A stretch of 64,000 bases of DNA from the human T2T-CHM13v2.0 reference genome, Homo sapiens. Positions 1 through 13,900 of the stretch are shown here, one piece after another. A model generated the notes under the pieces. The model worked only from the letters and a program-made list of their open reading frames with translations. It was not told the DNA's origin and ran no database searches. Each line of letters begins with the position of its first letter. The stretch's first letter is position 1. The DNA lies in NCBI RefSeq assembly GCF_009914755.1, contig NC_060932.1. The stretch is one strand, 5' to 3'. Both the position numbers and the translations under genes were made by a program.

Positions 1-3000
1 AGAAAATGGTGGCTGGGTCTGGGCTGGGAGCAATGGAAGTAGTAAGAAGAGACTAGAATCTGCTACCTTTTCAAGAGTAGTACAAACAAAATTTGCTCAT
101 GGTGGACCCACAGATGATGCTATTTAAGACGGAGTAATCCAGATGGTGGGTGTTATTGTCTACTTGGGCTATGCCTTCAGATTGCACAGTGTGGGATTAG
201 GGTCTTTTTTCCTTGTAGCAAAGGGATGTTCCCAATGTCTATCATTGTGGAAAGATGCTAACCCTGAAGTAGGAGAGGCATGCTTGGATAGGGGCCAGGG
301 TGTCAGTGGGGACTGGGGCAGAGATGCTGGGGACCTTCCTGGTGATGGTAGCGTTGGTGTTGTTGGTGATGGTGGGGGTGGAGGCTGAATGAATTAGCCC
401 TGATCTAGAGGCAGACCAGGACCTAGAAAAGGCTTGGCTGGTGAGGGACTAGGGTTGGGCTGGGTCCTGTTGGTTTTCAGTGAAGCTACTTCTAATTGTG
501 GTCATACCTCACATGCTTTTTGTGCATTTGTTCCTTTTCAATGCAGACAGCAATGCCCTTGACAGTGGGTACTTTGGTCCCAGTGAGACAGGGAAACTGT
601 GGTGGCTCCTGGAATGAGCATCTGGACCTAGGCATGGCTCTGAGTCTTGGGTGGTCCAGGACGCCACCATAGTGAGCAGGAGCAGGGAAGGGGGAACCAT
701 GGATACCAGGTGGCACAGAAGTCTAGTACAAGAAGTAAGTTTATGTAACCTCCTGTTCCCCCCCACCTGCCCCCACATATACCAGGGTTTGCCAGGATTC
801 CCTGGAATATGTTGAGAGGGGCTGGAGTTCCCTAATAGTGGGAGGAGGCAGAGGCAGAGAAAGGCTGTCCTGGGTGACTCACTGTCATGCTATTTTTGAC
901 TCCAGGCTCCTGTTGCCTAGGAAATGTGCCTTCTTATAGTCGGCTGACTCCCAATCTCTCTCTCCAGACTGGCTTTCTTTCCTGATATCCATACCTCTTG
1001 GGCGTCTTGCCTTAGATATCCCAGACCTCAAACCCAAAGTGAGCTCCTCTCTTCTGCAAACTTCTCTCTCTCTTGTTCTCAGCCTCCAGAATGACACCAC
1101 CAGCCAGCCAGCTGCCCAGGCTGGAACCCTGGGTCAAGCTTGAATCCGTCTTTCCTTTTGTCTGTCATATGTAGTTAATCATAAGGCCCTATGTGTCACC
1201 TCCTAAACATCTCTTGAGTCCCTCTCTTTTTTTCCATCCTTGCTGCCCTAGCCAGAGTTTTGGGGTGAATCCTTACAGGGGAAACTCCTTACAGGCACTT
1301 TTGCCTCATTGTGCCCTCCTCTCTGCTCCTAACCCTCCATGGTTCAGAGTGACCTTCCCGGTGTCACCTCCTCCTCAACGTTCTTCAGTAGCTCCCATCA
1401 CCTTTGGGAGATGACATACAGCAGATAAGGCCATGTTGGCATGGCCCAGGCTACCTGCCAGCCTCTGGCCACTCCCTGCAGCACTTCATGAGCAGTGATT
1501 CTGGACAGCTAATAGTTCCTGAACCCTGCTGGGTTTGGGTTGGGGTGGGGGACACTGATTCCCAGCATCTGTCTTTCTATAGACTGGAGGGAATTTCAGA
1601 TTACCAGAGGGAACTGTAAAGAAGAGATACTTAGAGCTTCTTACAGACCCCTTCTCAGTTCTCCTGGGGCTGGGGTGGGCTCTTTGTGACCTGGGAAAAG
1701 AAACAGAACACACTCAGCTGGGCATCGACCCTTTCTTGTCTTGAAGCAAAATGCATTCAGGTCTGTTTTCCAACGTTCATGGATTGGGGTGGGCTCTGCT
1801 TTGGGTAGGAATGGCCCTAGTTTTGGGTAGAAGGAGTTCAATATATGGGTCACTCATTAGGAAACCCACTCCCTCCACAGTGCTATTTATTATTCCCTTA
1901 AAGTCCTAGGAAAACCAGGCTCTCTCACACCTCTGTGTTGTAGCCTCTGCTCTTCCCTGGAAATGTCCTGTCCTGCTTGCCCACATGGCAGATTTCTCTC
2001 TTGTGTTGTCTTGCTCAGGCTCTGCATCTGCTGTGGTGGCCGCTTCCCCCACCTGCCCTTTCCTGTATGCAGACTCCAGTGCTCCTTCCTGAGGCCTCCA
2101 GCACACTCTGTTCATCTTCCATTGCTAGAAGAACCTAAATAAATAGCAATGTCCTTATGTCTTATGCAGGGGTGTTTTTTGCTGGTGGGGTGGGGGATGT
2201 GGTGGTGGGGGGTAATCTTTTCATCTTTATGGTCCTTGTGCCTTGCAAATGGTCCAGCACACACTCTTTTGGTAACTGTTTGCTGAATAATTCAGTTCAA
2301 CCTAGTCTATTCAGCATAGATTCTATCGTAGGTACTGTACTTTGCATTGGGAAACACAAATGAATAAGATATGATGGGGACCCCGGAAGGTGGTGCAGCT
2401 TAGTGGTAAAGACACACTTGCATAATATAAGTCCTATACTAAATCTATGAAAAATGTTGCACTTGTGTGGTTAAGAAGTATTGGATTTGGAATTAGGACT
2501 CCAGGTTTAAATTCTAGCTTCAAAACCCACTAGCCTAAATTTTCATAGCTGTGAAATGGGAATAGTAGTACCTATCTCATAGCTCAAGGATTAAATGAGA
2601 TAAAGTATGTAATCACAACCTGTATGGTTACTGGGCAATAATATACGCCTAAGTAATGTGTGCAGAAATGAATGTGCCTCATTTGATGGGAGCACAGAGC
2701 CTAGAGCCTTTGGATTTGCCTGGGGCAGTTGAGCAGACTTCACGGAGGAGACATTAGCACTGGATTCAGAGAAAGCAGCTGGAAATGACATTTCTGGAGA
2801 GAGATCTTGGAGATAAACTTCCTGGGGCTTGGCCTGGGGGCTGTAGCTAGGTGAAGCTGCAGGCCAGGCAGCTTCCAGAGGAGAGGCCACAGCAATGCGA
2901 TCTGTGGCAAGGTCCCCTGCCCTAGAAGCCGCTGAGTCACACCGAGGCCCAGAGGACTCTGTTTTGTTCCAAGTGAGCTTTCAGCTGAAGGACAAGCCTG

Positions 3001-4173
3001 GACAGGGCCTCTGTTGCTGGGACTTTGTGCCCAGCTCTGTTTCATGGGAGCAGCTTGGAGCCCTGCCTGGCCCCTTCTGTCCCTCCCACCCCTGCAGGGA
3101 GGCCCCAAGGAGCCTCAGCCCAGATTCCTAAAGTGAGTTCCAGCTCTGGTTTAGAGAGGGGTATGTTTTGCTTGGAGCTTTATTTTAAGGCTTGCAGCAC
3201 CCAGAGCAAAAAAGCCGTAATTCTTGCATCATAGTGGTAGGTGTAGAGGTCAAGCAGCCCCCAGGATGAAATCCCAGCTCCTTCAATTTTTGACCTGGCG
3301 TAAGTTATTTAACCTCTTCAAGCCTCTTTCCTTCATCTGTCAAATGGGAGTAATAAGGCCCACTTCCCAGGCATGTTACCAGAATTAAATAAGAAAACAT
3401 GCATTTTCTTACTTAACACAGTGAAGAGCTTTGTGCCTGGCATTTATTATTCACAGTTGCTGTGTGGGAAGGTTCAAAGAAAGGACCTAGAGACTCTCTC
3501 CCCTGATCTAATGATCATGGAGTCCTGCAGACTCAGTGTTTCTCAAACTTTATAACCAAATCACCTAGGGATCTGGAGGATGCACAACCTGATCCAGGAG
3601 GCCTGGGTGGGACCTGAGGGTCTGCATGATTGATGAGCTTCCAGGTGATGCCCTGGCTGCTCTGCAGGACCACATGGTGAGCACAGGGCTCCAGACACTT
3701 TCCTCCCCCAGCCCCACTCCACCCCAGGGCTCCTCTCCCCTCCGTCAGGGCCCAGGTAATGCCCTTCTCATGGGTTTGGCTTTGTCCAGCCTTCCTCACC
3801 TCCATGCCTGCAGCTCACTGTTGCATCATGATTCTTCTTGAAGTGTAGGAGAAACTGCTGATACACAGCCACATATGATCAGAGGAACTGCTGCTTCTGC
3901 TGGGGGTGAGGGCAGGGGACGACATGATTCTCTCAGGAGGAGATGGCCTTTTATCTAGCAAAACACCTTGGAGACTGCTTGGTGTGAGGGAGATGAGGCA
4001 CCCAGGGCTTGCTTTTAAGGAGATCTTAAGTGATCCCAGGCTTAGCAGGATAGCTATTTCAGACATGATCTCCATGTGTGGATGGTGGCTGTTAGGCTAT
4101 TTGCTGTGACTCAGTTTCTCTGTTGAAAAAGGGCTTAGTGGGGGCCAGGCCTGTTGAAATAAGGCTTAGTGGG

Positions 4174-4255
4174 GGCTGGGCGCGGTGGCTCATGCCTGTA
4201 ATCCTAGCAATCTGGGAGGCCGAGGTGGGAGGATCACTTGAAGTCAAGAGTTTGA
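4174..4255 (+). mobile_element. Tail-less Alu left-arm fragment
   Basis: ggctgggcgcggtggctcatgcctgtaatcc...gagtttga, with no right arm or A-tail. Confidence 0.85.
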
Positions 4256-5332
4256 AAAAGGGCTTAGCAGGTACCTGGGATTGTCAGTGAGGGGAACTTG
4301 CTCTGGGCAGGCAGCTGGATGCAGGGCCCAGACCCACCTTCTCCCACCGTATCACTCCATTCCTGCTTGGCTCCAGTGGAAGGTGGGAGGTGGGGAAGAA
4401 AGGGTTCAGTTCAGCCTTTAAGAAACAACGGTCACACAGACGTTTAGACAGATTAAGTCTTGCTTTATAGAGCTTGTAACCATCTCCATTATGTGCTCAG
4501 AGATACTCTGCAGAAAAGAGGAAAACATGCAGATGGATGTTGAGGAGTAAGGCTGATGTCCCAGTCAAGTGGCTGCCTGCACTGCTGGGGTCTAGATCCC
4601 ACACAGGCCTTGCCTTCAACTGGGATGCCTTCCCACAGTTTTCTGTTAGCCATTGGCTTTTGCAGGTAAGAAGCACTGTGCTGGCTTCACATAATTCTAA
4701 TGTCAAGAAATACAAAACTGAGATTTACTGAATTGTGCAGAAACGAAGGAGGAGCTGTGTAACAAGAAAGAGTCCTGAGCTGCAGTCAGAGATTTGGCTA
4801 CCAGGGGTTGCAGTGGTTGATCTCTAAGGTCAGATTCTAAGAGAAGATCTGGAGGAACATAATTTTCTAGCTGACGAATGAAAGAATGCAGATGATAATT
4901 ACTGCACATAAACCACATTCAAGAGGACACTGGGACCCCTGTGAAGCTTTATTTACTTTTTTGGTCTTCTTGCATAAAAGAGATGATTGGCATGAGCCCG
5001 GCTGGTTTGTTAGCTAAACACAGATGTGCACTTGCAGCTGTAGTTACACTTGTTGGGCTGTCAGGAGGAAATTGTATATTGTGCATTCATGAGAAACTGA
5101 TTAAACAGAGGAAGCTAAAGGTCCACTGGTGATGGCTGTGATCCCCTCTGATGGACTAGATATAAAGGAAATGCTTTAAAACATTTGAGGACCTGGAGTT
5201 GATCCATAACACATTATTTTACACCTATGGTGCCTCTGTGGAATTAAAAAACACCACTTTCATCATCTTATTTATTTATTTATCTGCTTCAAGAAAGTAA
5301 TGGAAGCAACTTTAATTAAAAACCCATATGTA

Positions 5333-5663
<331 letters not shown>

Positions 5664-6889
5664 TTAAAAATAAGTCAGAAAGAGATCAGAAACCATAGAG
5701 AGGAAGTGGGAGAAAGTTCTGCCCAGAATCTAAGGTGAGGTACTAGGTAGTAAATGTAATTCTGAGCCTCTCGTCTTGCTTTTTTCACCTTCTTATATAT
5801 GTGACTCTGCTGGAGTTGCATTTCTCATGGATCCTTCCAAATAAGTCAAGAAAAATTTCCCCAGGAGTCCCAAGTTTGAGTCTGGATCAGCATTTGGCAG
5901 ATTTCTGAGCCTAGAGACAGAGCACAGGCTTCTCTGGCCCGTGATCTCTGCCCTGTGAAAGCCCTTGCCCTGATCTCAGCTCCCATGATGGGCATCCAGT
6001 GGCAAGGGGGCCTCTGTGAGTACATTGAGATGAGCCAGGAGGCCTGATGCTGTGCCTGAGACCGAGTCCTAAGAACAGGCCCACAGCTGATGTCCACACC
6101 TGGCCCACGTCCCCTGGCCAGCCTTCTTCCACCTGCTCTGTTAAGAAGAAACATGCACCCTGTGGCTAGAGTCCAGCTCCCCTCAGCCCTCTTTCTTCCC
6201 GAGGATGTCCTTAGTAATTGTGGCTTTAGTGATGAGCAACACTAGGAGGCCTTGGGGCGTGGGGCCTGCAGAGCAGGGAGAAGATAAGGCAGGGAGATAG
6301 GAGGCTGGAGTGTGGGCAGGGCATTGATGGCCATGCTGAGAACCTGGAACTTCGTTCATATTTTAAGCAGAGACGCAGAGACACGGCCTGGTCAGATTTG
6401 ATCTTCACTTGGCTTCCAGCTACGGTGCCTGAAGACAGGCCTGAACACGCAGCCCACAGGGGAACCCGTTATGTGTGGAGCTCGGCAGTGGAACCTGGCT
6501 GGGGTTAAAGGTGGTGGGGATGAAAGGCGCAGGGCATCCAGGCTTCCCACCTCGCCTGTGTCACTTCCTCTGCTCTCTATTACTCCATCACTCCCCATTC
6601 CCTGCTCTCCGAGCTCCAGTCACAGTGAAGCTCTAAGTTCCTTGGAAGGACTCTGTTTCCTCCTGCCTCTGGGCCTTCCCATGACAGCTGGAGTCACCTT
6701 GTCCAAGAATAAACCAACAACCTTCACTTGGTGATGCCCGCTCCTTCCTCAGGGAAAACTCCCAATGCCTCATCCCAGGTCAGGCCTCCCAGGGCACCTT
6801 GCAGTTCCCCTTCTGAAACATTCACTTCACTTGTAATTACATGGGTGCGGGGGACAGCACCTATTTTTGTGGCCTGGCAGCCTCTCTCT

Positions 6890-7400
6890 TTATTTGGTGT
6901 GTGGCTATAGTACCCTGGTTTTATTTTGAGGTACCACACCTCCTCCACTGTCAACCTGTGTGCGTTGGGTAAAGTTGACCCGACTCCTAGGAGCCAAGAG
7001 TGGGCCATGTGACCAAGGCTAGACCAATCAGGAGAATCCATGCCCCTTGGCTTCAGTGATTGGTTCAGAAATAGGCAGGTGATCTAAATAAGCCAATCAG
7101 GGCTAAGGACACTTGGTCCCTGAATTTTGGTTTGAATTCTTGAGATCCTGACTTACTTCCATGGTCTACAGTGGTGATGTGAGGCTGAAGCTGCCTGGGC
7201 CACCATGAGTAGCCTGAGAATTGAACCAGCCCAGAGGGTGCACAGCCAGATGGCTCCTAGTGGCATCATTTAAGCTCTAAATCAAGCTGTCCCTAAAGTC
7301 AAATCTATCCTTGTACATTTCAGCTACAGGAGTCAATCAATTCTCTTTTTAAATATAGACCTGCCTGAGTTGGATCTGGTGAGTCACAACTGAACAGTCT
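6890..7400. mobile_element. Old MaLR LTR (MLT1-like)
   Basis: Typical MLT1 motifs such as ggccatgtgaccaaggctagaccaatcag...gattggttcag. Degenerate. Confidence 0.55.
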
Positions 7401-9110
7401 CCTCGACCTATGTTGTCTTCCTTCTGCCATGAGCACAGGGGCTGTATTTGTGTCTCCAGGACCTGGCTCAATGCCTGGTGCCTAGGAGTATTCAACAAAG
7501 GAATGAATAATAAAGAGAGGGGTCTCAGGACTTCTCCAACACCACCCCTTCACCCTTTCATACCTGGAAATGAGATGCAGATTGTGGTTCTCTCTGGGTG
7601 ATGACATTGTTACAAAGTCCTGTTGGAACCAATTTTCTTCAGAGCAAGGAACTCCAACTACAAGAAAGTAGCCACTTATACGGTGTGACAAAAGGGGCCC
7701 TGGGAAAGACTTGTTGCTCAATAAAATTTACAAAGTGCCTGAAGTTCTATTGTTAGCAAGATTCCTTTGGCTTATGGTTCTGAGAACACTTAAGAATTCT
7801 CTGTAAATATGTCTGTATTTGGTTATATGAGTATAAAGAAACACTGAAACGATACACAAGAAACTAATAAAAGACAGTTACTGAGAGTTGGGATGGGAAT
7901 TGCCCCGATGCAATGAGGCAGGCACAGGAATGGGAATTTTTATAGTGTTTGAATTTTGAGCCATATGCATGTATTGGCTTTTCAAAAATTAAATTAATAA
8001 AAGAACATCCTTGAGAGTACAGAACCACTAGAAGCCATTAGCAGCTCTTCCCAGCTGTGGGGGAGGACATTTATTTACTGGTTTGTTTTTCAGCTGGGGT
8101 ACCTGGTTTCAGTGGGGAGGCCCTGATAGACTGGACAGGAGTGGTTTGTCTTGGTTGAGGAAAAAGGAGGTGAAAGAGGGATGCAGAAGCCAGGGGACCA
8201 TCTGGAGAGGCCTGGACTGGGCAGGTCGCTGAGAGAGAAGAATGAGGCAGGCTAAACAGAGGGGTAGGACATCAAAGATACTTTCTCAGGGGCCTAGCAA
8301 CCCCTGGCTGGACTTGATAACTTCCAAGACTCTTTTATTCCTTTAAAAAGTTTCTTATACCAATGCTGTGTGTCTGCAGGCATGTCCATTGAGGGCTCTG
8401 AGCCTGTGGACTCATCTGTAAAATGATGGGGCTGGATGAGTTACTTAGTCTACTGTCCCTTCGACCTGTGCCGCTCTCATTCGACGTCGCTGTCTTCTCC
8501 CCGACTCTCCATGTCCTAAAGCCCCACTCTTGTTCAGAAAAGATAAGAGTTATTACCAGGGAACACAACCTGTACCTTCGTAACACAGTAAGCTTAAACA
8601 CTGAAGAGAGCTTCAGTGTCAAAGCATTTACTGGGGGCATTCACAGTTCCTTCCTGTGTTTAAATATGGCTCATGGAGGTTAAGCAGAGGAGCAGGTGAT
8701 GAATTAGCTGAGCATGCAGCTGCCCAATGTACTTCCTGACCTGCTCACCTGCACCCTCTGGGGCTCCCTTACAGGCCTTCTGACACCCTTGTGACACAGC
8801 GCACTCCCTCACTGGCCAAGGGACTTCAGCAGAGCTGAAAAATCTGTGCTGGTGGCCATGACCCTAGAAAGGCTGCTGTACTCACTCTCCTCAGATTCTC
8901 ACAGGGAAGGAAGGGCCCTCCCTTACCTTAGGAACAAAGTGGTGACAGCTTCTGTGGTTGTCAGGCAGTGGCCAGGAGGCAGCAAAGGGGGCATGGCAGC
9001 ATTTGAGGATGGCTGGAAGGACATAGACCTGGTGCGGGTGATGGTGGAGCAGCCAGGCTGGTCTGTGGGGCTGGAGGGTAGGCATGGGCCATAGGCACAG
9101 AGGCTGCTAA

Positions 9111-9459
<349 letters not shown>

Positions 9460-10782
9460 TGATATTATTGCAAATGGGACAATAAATACAGGCACAGAAA
9501 TACGGTGACAGCACTGAAATATGCTCATATCACTTAAAGCTGTCAGCTCCTGGCATTCAGCCCTTATGGTAGGGCAAGAACAGCAGCAGCTGTTCACAGA
9601 TGAGAGAACAGAGTGGGGAGAAAGATGCCTTCCAAGCCCTGCAGAACCCACCGCCTATAATGCACTGTAAAAAACAAAATTAAACTCTATACAGCTCTAT
9701 ATAGTTTATCTGTTATCTAGTATATATATGGTATATGTAATTCTATAGTTATTATGTCTTGTATTTTTATGTTAATATATTTACTCAATGTAGCAATTTA
9801 AACAGTATCAGAATTTTGTGGCCTTGTTTTGAGATCTTTATAACTGACTTGGAGCCAGAATAAGTGAAGGTAACCCAGGCTTTTCTTCTTCCCTGGGAGG
9901 CTGTGTTGGGATATGGCTGGCCCCAGAGCCCTCCTTTGAGTGTGGCTCATGGCTGTCCAGGTAGCCAATGGGGAGCTGGAATGGCGCTGGAGGCACTTGG
10001 CTGTGTTCTGGAACCTTGAGCACAGGGCTTTGGCATGCGTCTTCCTACCTCTACCAACTTCCCCTGCCCTTCAGCTGCCCTGGGTGAAGAAAGTGCCTTT
10101 GGATGTCAGGTGCCTTCCCATGCCAGGGGCCTGTGTGCTGGGAGCTCTGTGTACCTATCACCTGGTGGCTGGCATTAGATGGCCTGAACTCTCTTTGCCC
10201 AGAGTGTCATAATTCACACACCTATTTCTTTTAGAAATATGACCTCGATTGACTCCTCTTACTTTGTATTTCTTAAACATTTTTCATTTCCCTAATTTTC
10301 CCTGACCTTCTCCCATTCTCAATCCCTGCCAACAGGAATCTCATTGACAAATCCACTTTCTCCCTCCCTGCCCATGTCCCACCCCCTTCTTCCAAGAAGC
10401 CCTTGGTAGAAGGCTTCCCTGATTGCAAGGTGATGGTTCACAAACTTGTCTACAGCCCTTGGGGGTGGCAAGGTAAAGGGAGTGGGCTGAGATACTTCAG
10501 CTATGGGAGGGAGAGATGAAGAGACAGCCAGAGGATAGGCCAGATGTTGTTCTTTTTCTTTTTAGTTCTGTGATCTTCAGAAGCTACTTAGGCAACATGA
10601 CCCAAAGTCTTAGACATCTGCTAAATACTGTATATCTACACTATGAGTCATATTATATAAGAAGGGAAGTTGGCAAACAAAATGAGTTTGGGCTTTGCAG
10701 TCAAACACATTTTGACTGAAATCTCAGTTTAACTATTTAGCTGAAGTATGATGTGGACAATTCTCTGAACAAGAATAATTAC

Positions 10783-11065
10783 TTTTTGTTGTTGTTGTTG
10801 TTGAGACAGGGTCTTGCTCTGCCACCCAGGTTAGACACAGTAGCCTGATCATAGCTGACTGTAATCTTGAACTCCTGGGCTCAAGCAATCCACCTGCCTT
10901 GGCCTCCTGCATAGCTAGGACTATGCCAGACTAATTTTAAAACATTTTTTGTAGAAATGGGTCTCAGTATGTTACCTAGGGTCTTCAACTCCTGGCCTCA
11001 AGCCATCCTCCTGTCTCGGCCTCTCAAAGCGCTGGGATTATGGGCATAAGCCAGTGTGTCCAGCC
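10783..11065 (-). mobile_element. AluJ-like with (TTG)n tail
   Basis: Diverged antisense Alu. Confidence 0.88.
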
Positions 11066-11719
11066 AGAATTACCATTAAATTTGACTCAAGAACCAACAA
11101 AAATGTTTGAACCATTATTTTATCCTATTCCCTGTGGTTTCCTGTATATTTCAAATATTTCATGATAAAATATATTTTAAACAGTCAATAATGCTCAACA
11201 AACACAGACTCTTTCCATGCCTTTAGGAAAAATATTAGTCGCTCTTATCCATAGTTGTACTAATAGCAATTGACACAATCTTGTGAAAAGGTAATTTGGC
11301 AATATCATCTGAATTAAAAACATGCAAATTCTATGACCAAGCAATCCCTGTGTTTTTGGGGTGGGGTTTTAACAGAACTACCATTTTATTATACATCTCA
11401 CAATTCTATGAACCATGAAACCAGACAGGCCTGGTGCAGCAATGCTTCTGCTCCACATCAGCTGAAGTCACTTGCTGGTGTTTGCATGGCAGATTGGCAG
11501 GTCTGGAGGGCCCAAGATGGCTTCACTGAAGTTGGCAAGAGTGGGCTCCACTGGCACTATCCACCAGAATGCCCACATGTGGCCTCTACGGCATGCTGAT
11601 CTGATTAGTTGAATTTGTTGCAGGGCAGACTACATCCATGGCCTTGCTGCTCAAAATATGGTCCACAGAACAGCAAACAGGCATCACCTTGAAGCTTGTT
11701 AGAAATGCATAATCTCTGC

Positions 11720-12170
11720 CTAGCAGTACCACTTTTAATAATCTGTTTCTAAGGAAATACTAGCAAGCATGTGTACCAATATATGTACAAAGATATTCCC
11801 TGAAGCATTTTTTATAACAGGAGAATACTGAAACCAAGATCTCCATAAACAGAAGAAGGGTTAGAGAACTCATGGAACACCCACATCATGAATACCACAA
11901 AGCCATTCTAAGAAATATGTGTATATTGGCCAGGAAAGACGGCCATGATATGCTGTTTAGTAAAACAAAAGCAAATGGCAGGATAATATACAGGACAGGA
12001 CCCATTTTCGTTAAGAAAAATATTTCAGTAAATATCTCTATCATCTATCCATCCATTCATCCCCAAATCTGGAAGGACAGACACTAAATGAGCAGTGTTT
12101 TTCTCTTGGGATAATGGAGGGATTTCTGCTTTTTATGTACTATATTTCAATGCACAAAAAAGTGAGAACA
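11720..12170 (+). mobile_element. Old L1M 3' fragment
   Basis: Degenerate L1 3' motifs (cctagcagtaccactt, gaagcatttttt). Confidence 0.5.
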
Positions 12171-13659
12171 TGAAATAATTTTTCATTTTGTTTTTCAGTC
12201 CATCAAAAAAAGCAACAACTATTAAAAACAAAACCAAATCACTGTACTCTGGAAATATTTCTGCTGAACAATCATGCTCAAAGGTCATGAAGACATGGTT
12301 TCCTGGTCTCAAAAAGCCCATCAGCATTAACCCACTTGCCCTTGCGATTTCCTCTCTCTGCTCACCAAGGTCGTTACCTCGATTTTCAACCTTTCATTGT
12401 GAGTGAGGAATCATTTCATTGTTTCTCTTTAACTTTAGATCCACTTAGATTCCTTTAAGTGCTACGGAATTGATTATTTAAGTGAATCAGTTAGAAGGTT
12501 CCAATTTTTCTTTCCCAGAAAGAAAGCTCAAGCCCACAAGCTTACGCTCAAGCTCAAGCTCACAAGCTCAAGATGACAAGTGCTTCTGTGTAGAAAGGGC
12601 TGGTAAACTTCCCTGGAAAGATCCTAATATTTGGTGCCTATCCTTTTCTCCTAAAAGCAAAGACAGGGGGTTTACGCTAGGGAGGATTTCTATTTTCAGC
12701 CAGAGAAAAACATTTACCTCCACCACTATGGGATATTGTTAACAGCAGGCAGATTTGGATGAAGTGTTCTGGGTGCTTTTCCTGAGAGACCAAAGCCCAA
12801 CAAAGAAATGAGATCTGGTCCTCAGTGTAGGTCTGCCCGCTATGGGTTAGATTCTCAACTTGTTTCACTGTTTGGAGGGCTCAGGATGGTGGGTCTTTTA
12901 CAACCCTGAGTCCCTGGAGACAAATTTGTCTCTTTCTTCTTCGCTGTAAGTCACTAACTCTACCCCTGGAAAGGCTGCTTCAGGACCTCCCTCCTTTGCT
13001 GGGTCCCTCAGGCCTGAGAAACAGCCAGAGTTGGGTTCAGAATGTGACTTGATGACGCAACAGCCGACCTGAAGTTGCAGTAAGAATTATAGACCATAAA
13101 AGAGACGTTTAACTGAATTGCTTTTTTCCCCCTATCTGGAAGCAGTATGTTTCCAGCACAAGCATTGACACATAGGTTAGCAGTTTCCATTTTGGTCACA
13201 TTACAATCAATGATGAGCAACAGGGGGATGGCCACTGTTGAATTTCACTCAGTTGTGAAACAGCCTAAACACACGGACTATGCCTGTAGTACTTGATGTC
13301 TGGTACTGAGCAGAGTCAAAGACACCTTACGTAAAAGACCAATGATTACAATGCCTTAGGAAATGACCCATGTTTTGCCAACCCTTGCTCCTGTCTGGTG
13401 TCTGGCACCTCTGGGTCCACTGCCATGCCTAGCACAGTGCAGGTGGGCATTTAAGTGAAATGGTCCTCGCTTTGAAGGCTCTCTTTAAATCTGTCACTTT
13501 GAGCCTCCTGTTGTAAGATGAAAGTTGGTGGGAATTAAACATTTTAAGGCAAAAAAAGAAGAATGTTGAAGGAAAAAACCTATGTAGAATCATGGCAGAA
13601 AGCCATCTTTAAGGTATGCATTTTTACATTGTACAGAGATCTCAGCAAATAATTCACAC

Positions 13660-13900
13660 GTATTAAGTAATTACTATGTGCCAGGAGCCTCGCTAAATGC
13701 TCTACATAGATTATCCCATCCACTTCCTCCCAGCATCACTCTCTGTGAGGTGAGCATTCTTAACCCTGTTGCACAGGCTGGGGAGAAGAGGCTTAGGGAG
13801 GATGCGTGGCCTGTAGAACATCACATGCCACATAAGGTATAGGGCCAGTATTCAAATCAAGGCAGTCTAACCCCAGGCCTGTGCTCATAACCTCACACAA
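13660..13900. mobile_element. MIR
   Basis: ttactatgtgccagg...ctgtgaggt...gaggcttag...attcaaa, MIR core-like. Confidence 0.65.
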
